A stretch of 64,000 nt of DNA from a virus. Positions 38,222 through 48,012 of the stretch are shown here, in pieces; within the stretch, counting starts at the first letter, position 1; every line of letters starts with the position of its first letter. The stretch lies in IMG/VR virus record IMGVR_UViG_3300030491_000004, positions 2,786 through 66,785 of that record, one strand, 5' to 3'. The position numbers and the translations under genes were made by a program. The notes beneath the pieces are model-generated. The model searched no databases. It saw only the letters and a program-made list of their open reading frames with translations, and was not told the DNA's origin.

Positions 38222-38734
38222 ATGTTTAGAAAAGAAGAAACTTTATTGTACATGTTCCTAAAACAAGAAGGGGCTGTAGAAAAATTTGATGAGTATACGA
38301 AAGAATGGAAGGGCGGTTTAAATGGATATTATAGACTCTACTGTTCAAATCCAGATGCTATTAGTAGTTCTTTTATATGGGCCGGTTCAAAAGAAGGAGA
38401 TCTTTATTGGAGAAATATCTCCAAAAGATGGAAATCGTATTTAATAAACGGGCACGTTGTTCCTGAAAATAATTGTGAAAAATTGTCTCCAAAAGGAATG
38501 TATATAGCGTACGATGGAAATGGTTTCAATAATTCAATATATGATTTTTCAAATGCTGGACAAGAATATGAAATTGCTAAAGAAGAAGCTAGAAAGTTAA
38601 TAGACAAATATCCAACTAGTTACCCGTGTATTTTTTCTCTTAACTGGGATCATTTCAATTCAGCTATATTGGTTGATATTGCTACATGTAATTTTAAAAG
38701 CATTTTGGAAGACGAAAGATGTAAGAATTTATAA
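38222..38734 (+). CDS. Hypothetical protein
   Basis: ORF track. Confidence 0.7.
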   Translation: MFRKEETLLYMFLKQEGAVEKFDEYTKEWKGGLNGYYRLYCSNPDAISSSFIWAGSKEGDLYWRNISKRWKSYLINGHVVPENNCEKLSPKGMYIAYDGNGFNNSIYDFSNAGQEYEIAKEEARKLIDKYPTSYPCIFSLNWDHFNSAILVDIATCNFKSILEDERCKNL

Positions 38735-38750
38735 TTTAAAATAAAGAAGA

Positions 38751-39275
38751 ATGAATATTTACATTAGTGTTCCCATGAATGGGAGAGTTAGATCTGACAT
38801 TGAACAAGATTTAAAAGAAGCCAAAGAAATCATTAGCAAAAAGTATCCAGAAGCAACCTTAACTACTCCTTATGATGTGTGTGATGAAAAGGGGAAGTCT
38901 TATGGATATTATTTGGGAAAAGATGTTGAATTTATCGTTGATTCAGCAGATCTTATTGTGTTTTGTAAAGGTTGGGGAAATTCAAAAGGGTGTATTGCTG
39001 AAGGAGCTATAGCAAAAACTTATCGTAAGGAATTTAGAGAATTAGCAAGTTTTCTTGAAGACTTTAAGATATTTCACGCTGAACTTGTGGAAGAAGATGA
39101 GCCGGATCAATGGGCTATAGTTGTTGCCTACTCTCAGTGGGAAGTTATAAAAATTTTATCGGAAGCACTTAAGATTGACCCTTCCGATGTATTGTTTACG
39201 ATAGAAGAAGTTTCAGATTTGGAAGTTAAAACCGGACAACCAGGAATAGCTGTATGTTCTCTTAAAACAAAATAA
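38751..39275 (+). CDS. DUF4406 / nucleoside deoxyribosyltransferase-like protein with extra C-domain
   Basis: IYIS.PM.G...D...ADLI....GW.NSKGC.AE motif. Confidence 0.75.
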   Translation: MNIYISVPMNGRVRSDIEQDLKEAKEIISKKYPEATLTTPYDVCDEKGKSYGYYLGKDVEFIVDSADLIVFCKGWGNSKGCIAEGAIAKTYRKEFRELASFLEDFKIFHAELVEEDEPDQWAIVVAYSQWEVIKILSEALKIDPSDVLFTIEEVSDLEVKTGQPGIAVCSLKTK

Positions 39276-39276
39276 A

Positions 39277-39861
39277 ATGGATCAGAAAATTATTGGATTA
39301 ATAAAGGCAGAACCTTTAGCAAAAGACATTGAAATAGAAGCTAGTTGTAGCTTCCTTTCAGTAGAAACCGGTGGAGTTGGCATTGATGATGAAACTCACA
39401 AGATCATTATTCGCTTTGAAGAAAGCAAATTCCATACCCGCAATCCACGCGCCAATGTATCTGGAAGATGGTATTCAAACAGTCACCATAATCAATCAGA
39501 AGAATGGATAGCGTTTAATAGCGCATTTGCTATAGACAAACAAGAGGCTATGAAATGTACCAGTATCGGACTCGGACAAATAATGGGCTGGAATTATTCA
39601 GCTCTTGGTTATAGGTCCGTGGATGATATGTGGGACGATGCAAAAAAAGGATTAGATCGTCAGGTATATCAGTTCTTCAAATTCGTATCCGTTGATCATA
39701 ACGGTAATCTTAAGAAGGCAATCCAAGAAAAAAACTGGGCATTGGCTGCTACGTACTATAATGGAGCAGGATTTCGTGAATTAGCAAAAAAGTATAATCG
39801 CACCCCGTATGACCAAAGCTTATCTCAGGCATATGCTAGGTACAAAAAACAAGGGCTATGA
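39277..39861 (+). CDS. Endolysin, N-acetylmuramidase (DUF3380 type)
   Basis: VETGG, IRFE, SIGLGQIMGWNY...GY, WA.AA.YYNG. Confidence 0.85.
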   Translation: MDQKIIGLIKAEPLAKDIEIEASCSFLSVETGGVGIDDETHKIIIRFEESKFHTRNPRANVSGRWYSNSHHNQSEEWIAFNSAFAIDKQEAMKCTSIGLGQIMGWNYSALGYRSVDDMWDDAKKGLDRQVYQFFKFVSVDHNGNLKKAIQEKNWALAATYYNGAGFRELAKKYNRTPYDQSLSQAYARYKKQGL

Positions 39862-40151
39862 ATAAGTTAAAACAACTAGCTATAAATATTAAGGGTTTTA
39901 TTGTAGCTATTCCTTCAAAAATTAAATCCGGTGTTATGTACTTGGTGAATAAGTACAGATCAGAAACTCCAAAAATATATTTGCTTATTCATAATATAAG
40001 TAAATATGTTTGCGTTATTATTTCGGTAATAACTTCTACCTGGGCTATTGGTACTTCAGGTCTTCCTAGCTGGTATGAACCTATTTATCCTTACTTGATA
40101 TTGGTTCCGGGACTTATTTCTGGATTATCTAAATTTAAAGAACAGAAATAA
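39858..40151 (+). CDS. Putative holin
   Basis: Two TM segments, charged C-terminus, coupled to the endolysin. Confidence 0.55.
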   Translation: MNKLKQLAINIKGFIVAIPSKIKSGVMYLVNKYRSETPKIYLLIHNISKYVCVIISVITSTWAIGTSGLPSWYEPIYPYLILVPGLISGLSKFKEQK

Positions 40152-40426
40152 TGGATTCAAATATAAAAAGTATCGAAAGCATTCAGATAACTCTGGATAA
40201 TTACAAAGAAATTTGTAATTTTTGTGGAAGTTGCCCGACATCAAGAGGTGTTGAAAAAAGTCTTGATACCGAACATCCTATAATTACCAGATATATTTTG
40301 GAGATTCCAGCAAAATATGGACTTACTTACGGAAGAATGTCATTTGCCAGTACTAGAGATACAATTATGAAATTTCCTAATGGAGATTTAAAAGTTATTA
40401 ATCAATTTAGTAGTATAATTAAATGA
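40151..40426 (+). CDS. Hypothetical protein, related to the N-domain of 40423..41172
   Basis: Shared D.I/V.KF.NGD motif. Confidence 0.65.
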   Translation: MDSNIKSIESIQITLDNYKEICNFCGSCPTSRGVEKSLDTEHPIITRYILEIPAKYGLTYGRMSFASTRDTIMKFPNGDLKVINQFSSIIK

Positions 40427-41172
40427 AAAAACCTGTTTATCTTAAGGGAAAATTTTGTGGATCAGAATGTACGGTTATGATATTCTCTCCAGGAAATGAA
40501 CTTACTAGTTTAGGACTTATTGGTACGATACCAACGAAAGTAAAAGGTAAAAATGAAAGCGGTAAAATACAATACGAATTTAAGGATTTCAATGGAAATC
40601 ACAGAATTTGTTGTGAAGGAGATGCCGTTGTAAAATTTTCTAATGGTGATATTTTATCATTTACTAATTCATTTTTCGCTGAACAATTCAAAGAATATCA
40701 GGAGTTGGAAAAGAAAACTGTCTCAAAAGAAGAACTTGATCGTGCAGATGAAGAGATGGATAAAATTCTAAATCCAAATAAATATGTCACCAAAGTTGAT
40801 GCAAAAGATTATCTTAAAAAAGCACTAGAAGACGGATATTTAGTGCCAGATAATTCTTTTATAAAAACTGGAGCAATTATTCTAAAGGGGGTGAATACTT
40901 CTTTTTATGGGTTATCAATTGACGAAATGAATTTTGATGAAAAGAAAGACCTACCTTTCGGAATAGCTCTTGAATATGTACGACAACTTGGTAAAAAGAT
41001 GCGCCTACCACAATGGAAAGAAGATGTATTCATTTCAGCATACGTTCCAGAAAAAGGAGATGTTATTGGAATGACGGCACCGTATTTGTATGTTACTTCC
41101 AGGTTCGGACGTGTACCTTGGAAAGAAACTATGATTGAGCTATTTTCGACCGATTGGGAAGTAATTGATTAA
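40423..41172 (+). CDS. Protein with C-terminal DUF2829 (Tad2-like) domain
   Basis: LPFGIALE...GKKMR..W...PYLY...VPW...LFSTDWEV. Confidence 0.7.
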   Translation: MKKPVYLKGKFCGSECTVMIFSPGNELTSLGLIGTIPTKVKGKNESGKIQYEFKDFNGNHRICCEGDAVVKFSNGDILSFTNSFFAEQFKEYQELEKKTVSKEELDRADEEMDKILNPNKYVTKVDAKDYLKKALEDGYLVPDNSFIKTGAIILKGVNTSFYGLSIDEMNFDEKKDLPFGIALEYVRQLGKKMRLPQWKEDVFISAYVPEKGDVIGMTAPYLYVTSRFGRVPWKETMIELFSTDWEVID

Positions 41173-41174
41173 TT

Positions 41175-41474
41175 ATGAGTGGGTCTGGATTATTGAGATT
41201 GTTGTTGATTTCATTTGGATTCAACAAAAAAGTATCTGTATCTATTTACAGAGGTAATGATGGATGGATAGGATACAATGTATATGCATCAAATGGGGAA
41301 ATAATATATGATGAGTCTAATTGCGATGGTTTAATGTTTCATATTCATGAATTATTGTGCTTTATGAATAAAAATAATATAAAACCAAAACTACTTTGTC
41401 AAAATAGCGATCTGCCAGTTAATATTTTACTAAAAATGTCTGACGAAGAATTAGAAAAATTAAAAACAATTTAA
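41175..41474 (+). CDS. Hypothetical protein
   Basis: ORF track. Confidence 0.6.
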   Translation: MSGSGLLRLLLISFGFNKKVSVSIYRGNDGWIGYNVYASNGEIIYDESNCDGLMFHIHELLCFMNKNNIKPKLLCQNSDLPVNILLKMSDEELEKLKTI

Positions 41475-41651
41475 ATTATGGAATACAATATTGAAGTATC
41501 AGATACGCAAATTGACGATGTATTGAATCAATGTGCACAATCGGAAAACACTGGATCTTCTAAGTTCCCAGGTATGACTTATGAGCAAGGAGTCAAGTAT
41601 GCTATCAAATGGATGATAGGAGACGAACCAAACCCCTTAGATGAATAATCT

Positions 41652-42104
41652 ATGGAAGCCGGATATTATATAAAATGTAAAAATGTGAAAGTTACTCCTA
41701 TGAAAAGGGGTGACTTTTGCAAATTATATCATTTAAGTACGTTTGAATTAGCTCCTCACGCTTTCAAAAATATGGAAGATAATGGATGCTGTATAGAACA
41801 CGATAGTGGACGCCGAGAATGGATGAGTGATATTGTTTTTGAAGATAAAGAATATTCCGGATATACAAAATGTTTTGGTTTATCTGGAACCATTGCACTA
41901 TCTTTGATAAAGCAGTTTGATCTTCGTGGCGGACGTAAATCTAGCGACAATAATTCTGAATTTATTATATACGATGGAAAAGATTTTCGTATTTCTGGAG
42001 TTGATCCGGCATGTGGTACTTTTTCGTTTTATCCAACAGATAAAGAGTTAAAAGCTAAAGATTGGGAAGTGTCTAATAAATATAAAGAAATATACGATGA
42101 TTGA
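41652..42104 (+). CDS. Two-domain protein with DUF2829-like C-domain; paralog of 42097..42528
   Basis: LSG..ALSLIKQF.L.G.R...P...L.A.DW. Confidence 0.65.
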   Translation: MEAGYYIKCKNVKVTPMKRGDFCKLYHLSTFELAPHAFKNMEDNGCCIEHDSGRREWMSDIVFEDKEYSGYTKCFGLSGTIALSLIKQFDLRGGRKSSDNNSEFIIYDGKDFRISGVDPACGTFSFYPTDKELKAKDWEVSNKYKEIYDD

Positions 42105-42528
42105 TGATATGAAAACATATGTTGGGTGTAAGATGGTTAATGCTACACCAATGACAGATCAAGAGTTTTGCCGTAAAGTAAGAGATATTCCAGAAATTGC
42201 AGAATGGGACGATCCACGTAATGGGTATTTGGTTGAGTACAAAGATGGGTATAAATCTTGGTCTCCTGAAGTAACTTTTGAAGAAGCTTATCAAATTAGC
42301 GAAGGACTTTCCGGAAGAGTGGCTCTATCTTTGATTAAACAATTTGGACTTGCCGGAAGACGTGAAATAGGAGATGATAATGATCCAGATACAGTTATGG
42401 CTATATTTTATTGTAAAGAAGATGGGAAATTCCATTCATACAATTATTATTACAAAGGATCTATTTTTACTCCCAATGAAACAGATTTTCTTGCAACTGA
42501 TTGGAAAGTTTTTAATAACAATTTTTGA
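42097..42528 (+). CDS. Two-domain protein (GYLVEY.DGY.SWSP..FEEAY domain plus DUF2829-like)
   Basis: Recognisable phage motifs. Confidence 0.7.
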   Translation: MIDDMKTYVGCKMVNATPMTDQEFCRKVRDIPEIAEWDDPRNGYLVEYKDGYKSWSPEVTFEEAYQISEGLSGRVALSLIKQFGLAGRREIGDDNDPDTVMAIFYCKEDGKFHSYNYYYKGSIFTPNETDFLATDWKVFNNNF

Positions 42529-42776
42529 TTATGAAAAATGAATATTTAAATCAATTGAACGCTACTCATCCAAATGGTAGTGGATTTAATAATAGTTATC
42601 TAACAATGGATTGGGGGTCTTGTCTTGCTTTAATCCCAAAAAATTCTATTAAAAAATACAACAAAGAGGTGGAAAAAATACTTGAAGCTGTAAATATTTT
42701 TTGTAAAGAAAATAATATTAGTGTAAAATCTAAGAAGAATTTTTTGTGTGAAACAAACGAATATAGTCTTAAATAA
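42525..42776 (+). CDS. Hypothetical protein
   Basis: ORF track. Confidence 0.55.
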   Translation: MIMKNEYLNQLNATHPNGSGFNNSYLTMDWGSCLALIPKNSIKKYNKEVEKILEAVNIFCKENNISVKSKKNFLCETNEYSLK

Positions 42777-42784
42777 TTTATAAT

Positions 42785-43009
42785 ATGAGTAAAGTAATAG
42801 AGAAAAGTACAGGAGGTTTAGGGTTCGCTGGGGCCTTGTTTATAGCATTTTTGGTGCTTAAATTGTGTAAGGTGATAGCTTGGTCATGGTGGTGGGTTTT
42901 TGCTCCATTATGGGCACCTATAGTGTTAGCAATAGCTATTCTTATTATAGGTGTGATAATAACGATAATTTCATGTTTATCGGATGGCAAAAAACCTAAA
43001 AAAGATTGA
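42785..43009 (+). CDS. Small membrane protein (LKL..VI.WSWWWV.APLW family)
   Basis: Common phage 2-TM motif. Confidence 0.75.
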   Translation: MSKVIEKSTGGLGFAGALFIAFLVLKLCKVIAWSWWWVFAPLWAPIVLAIAILIIGVIITIISCLSDGKKPKKD

Positions 43010-43146
43010 CAACCAATTTTTAATTAATATGTTGTATAAATCAGAAGTGGATGAGAAAGGGTATAGATCTTTTCCGTCAGGTGAAACAGAAGGCAAACGT
43101 GATATTGATGAAAGCACATTTCCTTCAGATGAAACAGAAATTTAAA

Positions 43147-43182
43147 AATAACCCCAGGCGATTAATTTTGTCTGGGGTTATT
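43147..43182. terminator. Bidirectional terminator at convergence of the two gene blocks
   Basis: AATAACCCCAGGC/GTCTGGGGTTATT hairpin. Confidence 0.75.
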
Positions 43183-43186
43183 CTAT

Positions 43187-44242
43187 TTATATTTGCCAAG
43201 GATTTTCATACGGATTAAATTGTCTCTCAAATGTTCCAAGCTGCCAGTTTGATACCGGTTCATTTGTATTTCTATCAATTTTTCTATCCAGTTTTGGATT
43301 TATTTTTAGTTTAGCACAGTCTTTAAGCCATACCATAGCGTGATCGTAATCCACTATCCTGAATTGAGATACATTGTTTGGAGATATTTGCTTGTATAGT
43401 TCAAATACCGCTAATTGAATCATGTGAGTTACAAGGCTTTCGTTTCTTGGATCATCGTTATCAATATTAGTATTTAGAACTGGAGTGTCTGCATTAGGAT
43501 TTGTTATTGGATAATATACCTTATCGTTATAAACCACATACTCATGATTACTAAGTTCATAGGTGTCAAGTGTATTGTCATAATTTCCTATAAGCCCCCA
43601 GCAAGTTGATGTTTTTGGATCAACTATATTATCGTACCCGGTCAAAGTTGTAAGCGTATAATAATGACTATCAAATTTAACTACCTCCCAAAGAGTATAT
43701 GGTGTAGGTTGCCAATCGTATGTTTGAATTACATCCCATGCGTTAACTCCAGGCACTCTTATATCATTGAAGCTGTATCCATTGTGGTACATACAAGTAT
43801 ATACTCCCCCACCAAAATAAACATTATCTCCTTCTTTGTATGTTTCTATTTGAGAATAAGGAACTACTCCGGGTGAATCTTTTTCAAGATTTATGTTCAA
43901 TTCCCAATATACTGTAGATGTAGGAGCCTTATAACCATTTATATTTACAATAGCTCTGCAAATATCTCCATTCATATAAAAGTGAGAACCTACTGGATAG
44001 GTTATCATTCTGCTATAATTGAGAATGTTTTTACCTTTTAGAAGCTCCCCCTCAATATCATAGCTTTCTGTCAAATATTCTGTAACAGCGGATTCAGCAA
44101 CTCTTTCAGCCTTATCGTATTTTGTAAGGTCCTGGTTAGTTCCAGTGCCTATTAACTGGGCGATGGAACTTACGCTAACACTACCCAGATAATCTTTATT
44201 GTTTAAAAAACGTCTATACATAATTTTAAAAATCAAAGCCAC
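43187..44242 (-). CDS. DUF1320/Mu gp36-like head-tail connector with internal repeat insertion
   Basis: FL...DY...AE..V.EYL..YD N-part and PRN..LV...A.F.L...Y..AM.WL C-part; next to TerL. Confidence 0.6.
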   Translation of the reverse strand: MALIFKIMYRRFLNNKDYLGSVSVSSIAQLIGTGTNQDLTKYDKAERVAESAVTEYLTESYDIEGELLKGKNILNYSRMITYPVGSHFYMNGDICRAIVNINGYKAPTSTVYWELNINLEKDSPGVVPYSQIETYKEGDNVYFGGGVYTCMYHNGYSFNDIRVPGVNAWDVIQTYDWQPTPYTLWEVVKFDSHYYTLTTLTGYDNIVDPKTSTCWGLIGNYDNTLDTYELSNHEYVVYNDKVYYPITNPNADTPVLNTNIDNDDPRNESLVTHMIQLAVFELYKQISPNNVSQFRIVDYDHAMVWLKDCAKLKINPKLDRKIDRNTNEPVSNWQLGTFERQFNPYENPWQI

Positions 44243-45800
44243 CGTAGGCTTGTATATTACTTGTTGTTACTCCTCCAGAAAATCCCTTGTACTTATTCCA
44301 AGACTTATCTAAAAACTGGCATAGGGCATAATCAAGAACATCTGACAAGTGACCGTATTTCTCCGATTTACCCCCTGTATTTACATCTAGTGTCTTAGCC
44401 TTACACTTTGTACCATCTGACTGTTTCTTTTGATAAATAAGATCTTCCGTCAACTTACGGCACCTTAAATCTATCATTATCTTCCAGCCATCATAATTAT
44501 TAAATATACTATTCACAAATTCCAATCTAGTTATCTGTGGAGGTTGGGATTTCATTATTTGCAACCTCGGTCTTAAGATAGGACTTTTGATGTTATCTAA
44601 TATAATAGTATAGTTATTGGTGTTATTTTCTGTTTGCGTACTACGCGCAAGTCCCGCCGGATCTCCTGTTATTATTAATCCTCCTAAATGCCGTTCATTC
44701 AAATACTTCTCTTTAATCTTCTTAGATAGTCTGGGAGTGTTGTTTTCCTTTTCTTGTGGTCTTCCCAGGGTTTCTTCCAATACATAGAACTCTTTTTTAT
44801 CATAGTTTATTTGTATTGAAAGAGTGCTCATATATGGGGCCACATTAAAATCCCATCCTACTATAAGTGGATTTAACGGATTGTAAACATTTTCCTTCAA
44901 CCCCTGTACTAAATGGATGTCTCCATTGAAGTTCCAGTAAGCTGCCATATCATTAGCCTCAACGAAATCCCAGTTACCATATAGAAGTCTTTCTCTGGTA
45001 GCCTTGTCTTTGATCATATATAAAGAGGCTACATATGTCTGTCTAAATTTTTCATTAGGGTTATCGAATACGGTAAATCTAACATAAGCTTCTTTTGGCC
45101 GGCATATTGCTGGATTACCTTCATCGTCTTGCACAAATCTCGTACGCACCCAGTTAACTGTAGGGTTCGTACTCATAAGCATTCTTGAAATCTTAAACGT
45201 CTCATCTACTTTCCAACGTAAACGAGAGAACAAAACTTCTATAGCTTTTTCTGAAATTTCCGAACACTCATCGACAAATGCTATAGTATATTCTGAAGAT
45301 CCAAATCTCTCAAAGTTTGGGTCAGAAGGCAAATCTGTCATTTCCTGCGCGATTATTATAGAATCGTTCCAGAAAGTGATAGTCATGTCTAGGTTATTTA
45401 TCTTATAGTTCTCTCCCTCTTTTAATCCCCATAGTTTTAAAACAGTCCTTATGGTATTCCATGTAGAACCCTTAAGAGACTTTAAGGTTTTACGGGCAAC
45501 TACAGCTCTAATACCTTCAAATCTCATACAACTGGATACTAGCCAGCATGATCCTATAAATGATTTACCACCACCAGCAGCACCACCTCCAAGTATTAGC
45601 TGTGGTATGTCAGTCATTCCACATACATCACATACGGGTTTGTATTTCTTATTACCATCCCTATCTGTTCCGTCTTCTTGCTGACTAATAGTACCACCGC
45701 ACTTAGGGCATCTGTTAGGCTGAAGCAAGTTCCAAAGCTGATATTGTCTTGTGGATGGTTTAAATTCTATGTTTATATTTCTAGGTTCTACTAATCCCAT
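44226..45800 (-). CDS. terL: Terminase large subunit
   Basis: Walker A GGAAGGGKS, Walker B FVDE, STNP coupling motif, nuclease GWDFN ... HLSDVLDY. Confidence 0.92.
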   Translation of the reverse strand: MGLVEPRNINIEFKPSTRQYQLWNLLQPNRCPKCGGTISQQEDGTDRDGNKKYKPVCDVCGMTDIPQLILGGGAAGGGKSFIGSCWLVSSCMRFEGIRAVVARKTLKSLKGSTWNTIRTVLKLWGLKEGENYKINNLDMTITFWNDSIIIAQEMTDLPSDPNFERFGSSEYTIAFVDECSEISEKAIEVLFSRLRWKVDETFKISRMLMSTNPTVNWVRTRFVQDDEGNPAICRPKEAYVRFTVFDNPNEKFRQTYVASLYMIKDKATRERLLYGNWDFVEANDMAAYWNFNGDIHLVQGLKENVYNPLNPLIVGWDFNVAPYMSTLSIQINYDKKEFYVLEETLGRPQEKENNTPRLSKKIKEKYLNERHLGGLIITGDPAGLARSTQTENNTNNYTIILDNIKSPILRPRLQIMKSQPPQITRLEFVNSIFNNYDGWKIMIDLRCRKLTEDLIYQKKQSDGTKCKAKTLDVNTGGKSEKYGHLSDVLDYALCQFLDKSWNKYKGFSGGVTTSNIQAYGGFDF

Positions 45801-45916
45801 AGCATATTATTTACTGATTAAAAATAGCGGCAATGCTGTGTGTGCAATGCCGCTATAAAATAAAAACTTAACATGAAAAAAAGAATCATAAAGAGAGATG
45901 TATTTGCGATGTCGGT

Positions 45917-46252
45917 TTATTTTTTTGCTTTTTCTGCTGTGGCATCATATATTTTTTCGATTGTGTCCCACATATCATCTGCGAGATTTTCTTCTGATTT
46001 CTTTTCACTGCAAGACTTCATGTAATTAAGCTCATCTTCTGTAAATTCCACAATTAATGGAACTTCTGAATCTTTACTGGGATCCCATTGTATTTGTCCA
46101 CCCTCTAGCTGCTTTACATTATACTCTTTAATGTCTTCTTTGGAAAGAACGATCTTTGCCAAAATTGACTTTTTCAAATTGTACTCTGAATATTTACCGT
46201 TTTGAGGGAAAATATTAGGTATCAACACCCTTTCTCTAATATGTAACTCCAT
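45917..46252 (-). CDS. Hypothetical protein
   Basis: ORF track. Confidence 0.7.
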   Translation of the reverse strand: MELHIRERVLIPNIFPQNGKYSEYNLKKSILAKIVLSKEDIKEYNVKQLEGGQIQWDPSKDSEVPLIVEFTEDELNYMKSCSEKKSEENLADDMWDTIEKIYDATAEKAKK

Positions 46253-46314
46253 GACCTGATTATTTGTTTATTTAAAAAGAATAGCCCCAACCATTTATCG
46301 TGGTTGGGGTAATC

Positions 46315-46962
46315 CTAATTTATTTTTATGTATTCAGCATAATTTAACTTTACATATGGGTTATTTGTAGTTATCGTTTGCTTGATACTTTTTATACCCC
46401 ATTGCCAGAAAAGGAACTTATGCTTTGGAATTATACTTGTAATCTGATTCAATGTTACTGAAAGATTAAACGTATTGAATACAGAGTCGTTCTTTATTGT
46501 GGTCTTTACATCAATATTCTTATTACTTTCTTCAGCGGTTCCAACTGTTTTTGTGGTATCATTAATATCTTTCTTGTAAGTTATTTTAGCTTTTGTGTTC
46601 GCCTCGACTACAAGCTTTTGAGTAGATGTAGACTGGACATCTTTAAGCTTAATCCCAAGATTATCAATTACTTCGGTTAAAGAGTCACGATATTTTTTGA
46701 ACTCTGATTTTTCAAGAGTAAGTGCTTGTATCTGTACAGTTTGACCGGCAGAATCTGATTTCAATGTTTTCATTCCGGACATTAAACTATAAGTGTTGTT
46801 CTTATAACTTCCTAGCCTTGAATTAGCTTCAGATAATCGGCTACTTAAATAAAATATTAGTAGGATTACTGATAATATAATCAGTATAGCCGCTCCTATT
46901 TTATACATTTTAGTTGTAATCATAATCATACTTTTATTACTGCGTCTTCTGGAATAAACCAC
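46315..46962 (-). CDS. Membrane-anchored coiled-coil protein, spanin-like
   Basis: N-terminal TM, coiled coil, KFLFWQWG near the C-terminus. Confidence 0.5.
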   Translation of the reverse strand: MVYSRRRSNKSMIMITTKMYKIGAAILIILSVILLIFYLSSRLSEANSRLGSYKNNTYSLMSGMKTLKSDSAGQTVQIQALTLEKSEFKKYRDSLTEVIDNLGIKLKDVQSTSTQKLVVEANTKAKITYKKDINDTTKTVGTAEESNKNIDVKTTIKNDSVFNTFNLSVTLNQITSIIPKHKFLFWQWGIKSIKQTITTNNPYVKLNYAEYIKIN

Positions 46963-47132
46963 TCATCATCGTCGAAATAAGGCTCATCAAATTTTACTAT
47001 ATACCCTTTATTTTTTCTAGCAGAATCTGTAAGATCTTCCAAAATTGTCCCCTTCCTCCCAGAAAGCTTAAACAAGCCGCAACCACCAAGTTCTTTGGAG
47101 TTTGTTACTTTAATCCTATCCCCTACTTTCAT
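46926..47132 (-). CDS. Small SH3-like protein
   Basis: MKVGDRIKV...GTI...Y.VKFD. Confidence 0.65.
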   Translation of the reverse strand: MKVGDRIKVTNSKELGGCGLFKLSGRKGTILEDLTDSARKNKGYIVKFDEPYFDDDEWFIPEDAVIKV

Positions 47133-47137
47133 AATGT

Positions 47138-47437
47138 TTATTTTAAATTTTTTTGTTGTATCGCTTCTATAAAGTTCTCACGAATCTCATGCAGATCTTC
47201 CGACATTGAGGAGATCTGTTTCATTGTAACCTCAAATACACTTTTGTCAAGCTTTATAGCGTCAAGCTTTTGGTATTGCCTGTCAAGCCTACTATCCAAT
47301 ATTTTGTATTTCACTTCCAAGTCTTGAACCTGGTATCTATTCAGCGTATATTGTCCATATAAACTGAAAACAAAGAATAGTACATACAGAACTCCTTTGA
47401 AGTTTTCTGTGACGAATTTTGCGGTTTTATCAGCCAT
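47138..47437 (-). CDS. Single-TM coiled-coil protein
   Basis: TM segment plus heptads. Confidence 0.65.
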   Translation of the reverse strand: MADKTAKFVTENFKGVLYVLFFVFSLYGQYTLNRYQVQDLEVKYKILDSRLDRQYQKLDAIKLDKSVFEVTMKQISSMSEDLHEIRENFIEAIQQKNLK

Positions 47438-47441
47438 TTTA

Positions 47442-47948
47442 TTATAGATTTTTATCTTCTTTTTCTTCTCTGGGAACTATCACATTGAAGGTTATTCCAC
47501 CTCCAGATTTTCCAGCCTCGCCGCCGGTACCTATATTTAGGTTTGTGTCTCTGGCAACTTTAAGAGGATACATTTCTTGTACAGCCTTTATAGCGTTTAC
47601 GGCTACGGCCCTAAGTGGTGCTGGAGATTGTTTACCAAATTTACGATCTATAATCTCCATTGTAGAAGTTTCATCGGCTATTGATAGTAATGATTCCGTT
47701 AATCTAGTTCTAAGAGCTTCAAGATCTACAGCATTTCTAGCCTTCAATGTAGTTATATAATCCTTAATTTCTTGTCTCTCCATCAACTCAACCACGTCCA
47801 TAGAGCAATCTTTCTCTGTTACAAAGAACAGTTCAGCGTAACATTTCTTTGCGTTTCCTGCATATGGAGAACATCCACATACAAAAATCTCACAAAATTG
47901 AGCTTCTTTTTCAGTTAATCCTTGCGGTATTTTTCTTAATCTTTTCAT
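47442..47948 (-). CDS. terS: Terminase small subunit (putative)
   Basis: LTEKEAQFCE...GNA...Y N-terminal pattern; upstream of TerL. Confidence 0.65.
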   Translation of the reverse strand: MKRLRKIPQGLTEKEAQFCEIFVCGCSPYAGNAKKCYAELFFVTEKDCSMDVVELMERQEIKDYITTLKARNAVDLEALRTRLTESLLSIADETSTMEIIDRKFGKQSPAPLRAVAVNAIKAVQEMYPLKVARDTNLNIGTGGEAGKSGGGITFNVIVPREEKEDKNL

Positions 47949-48012
47949 ACTATTGCAATTAAAAACCCAGTAAATAATACTGGGTTATTTTAAAAAGAAT
48001 AGTATGTTTATT

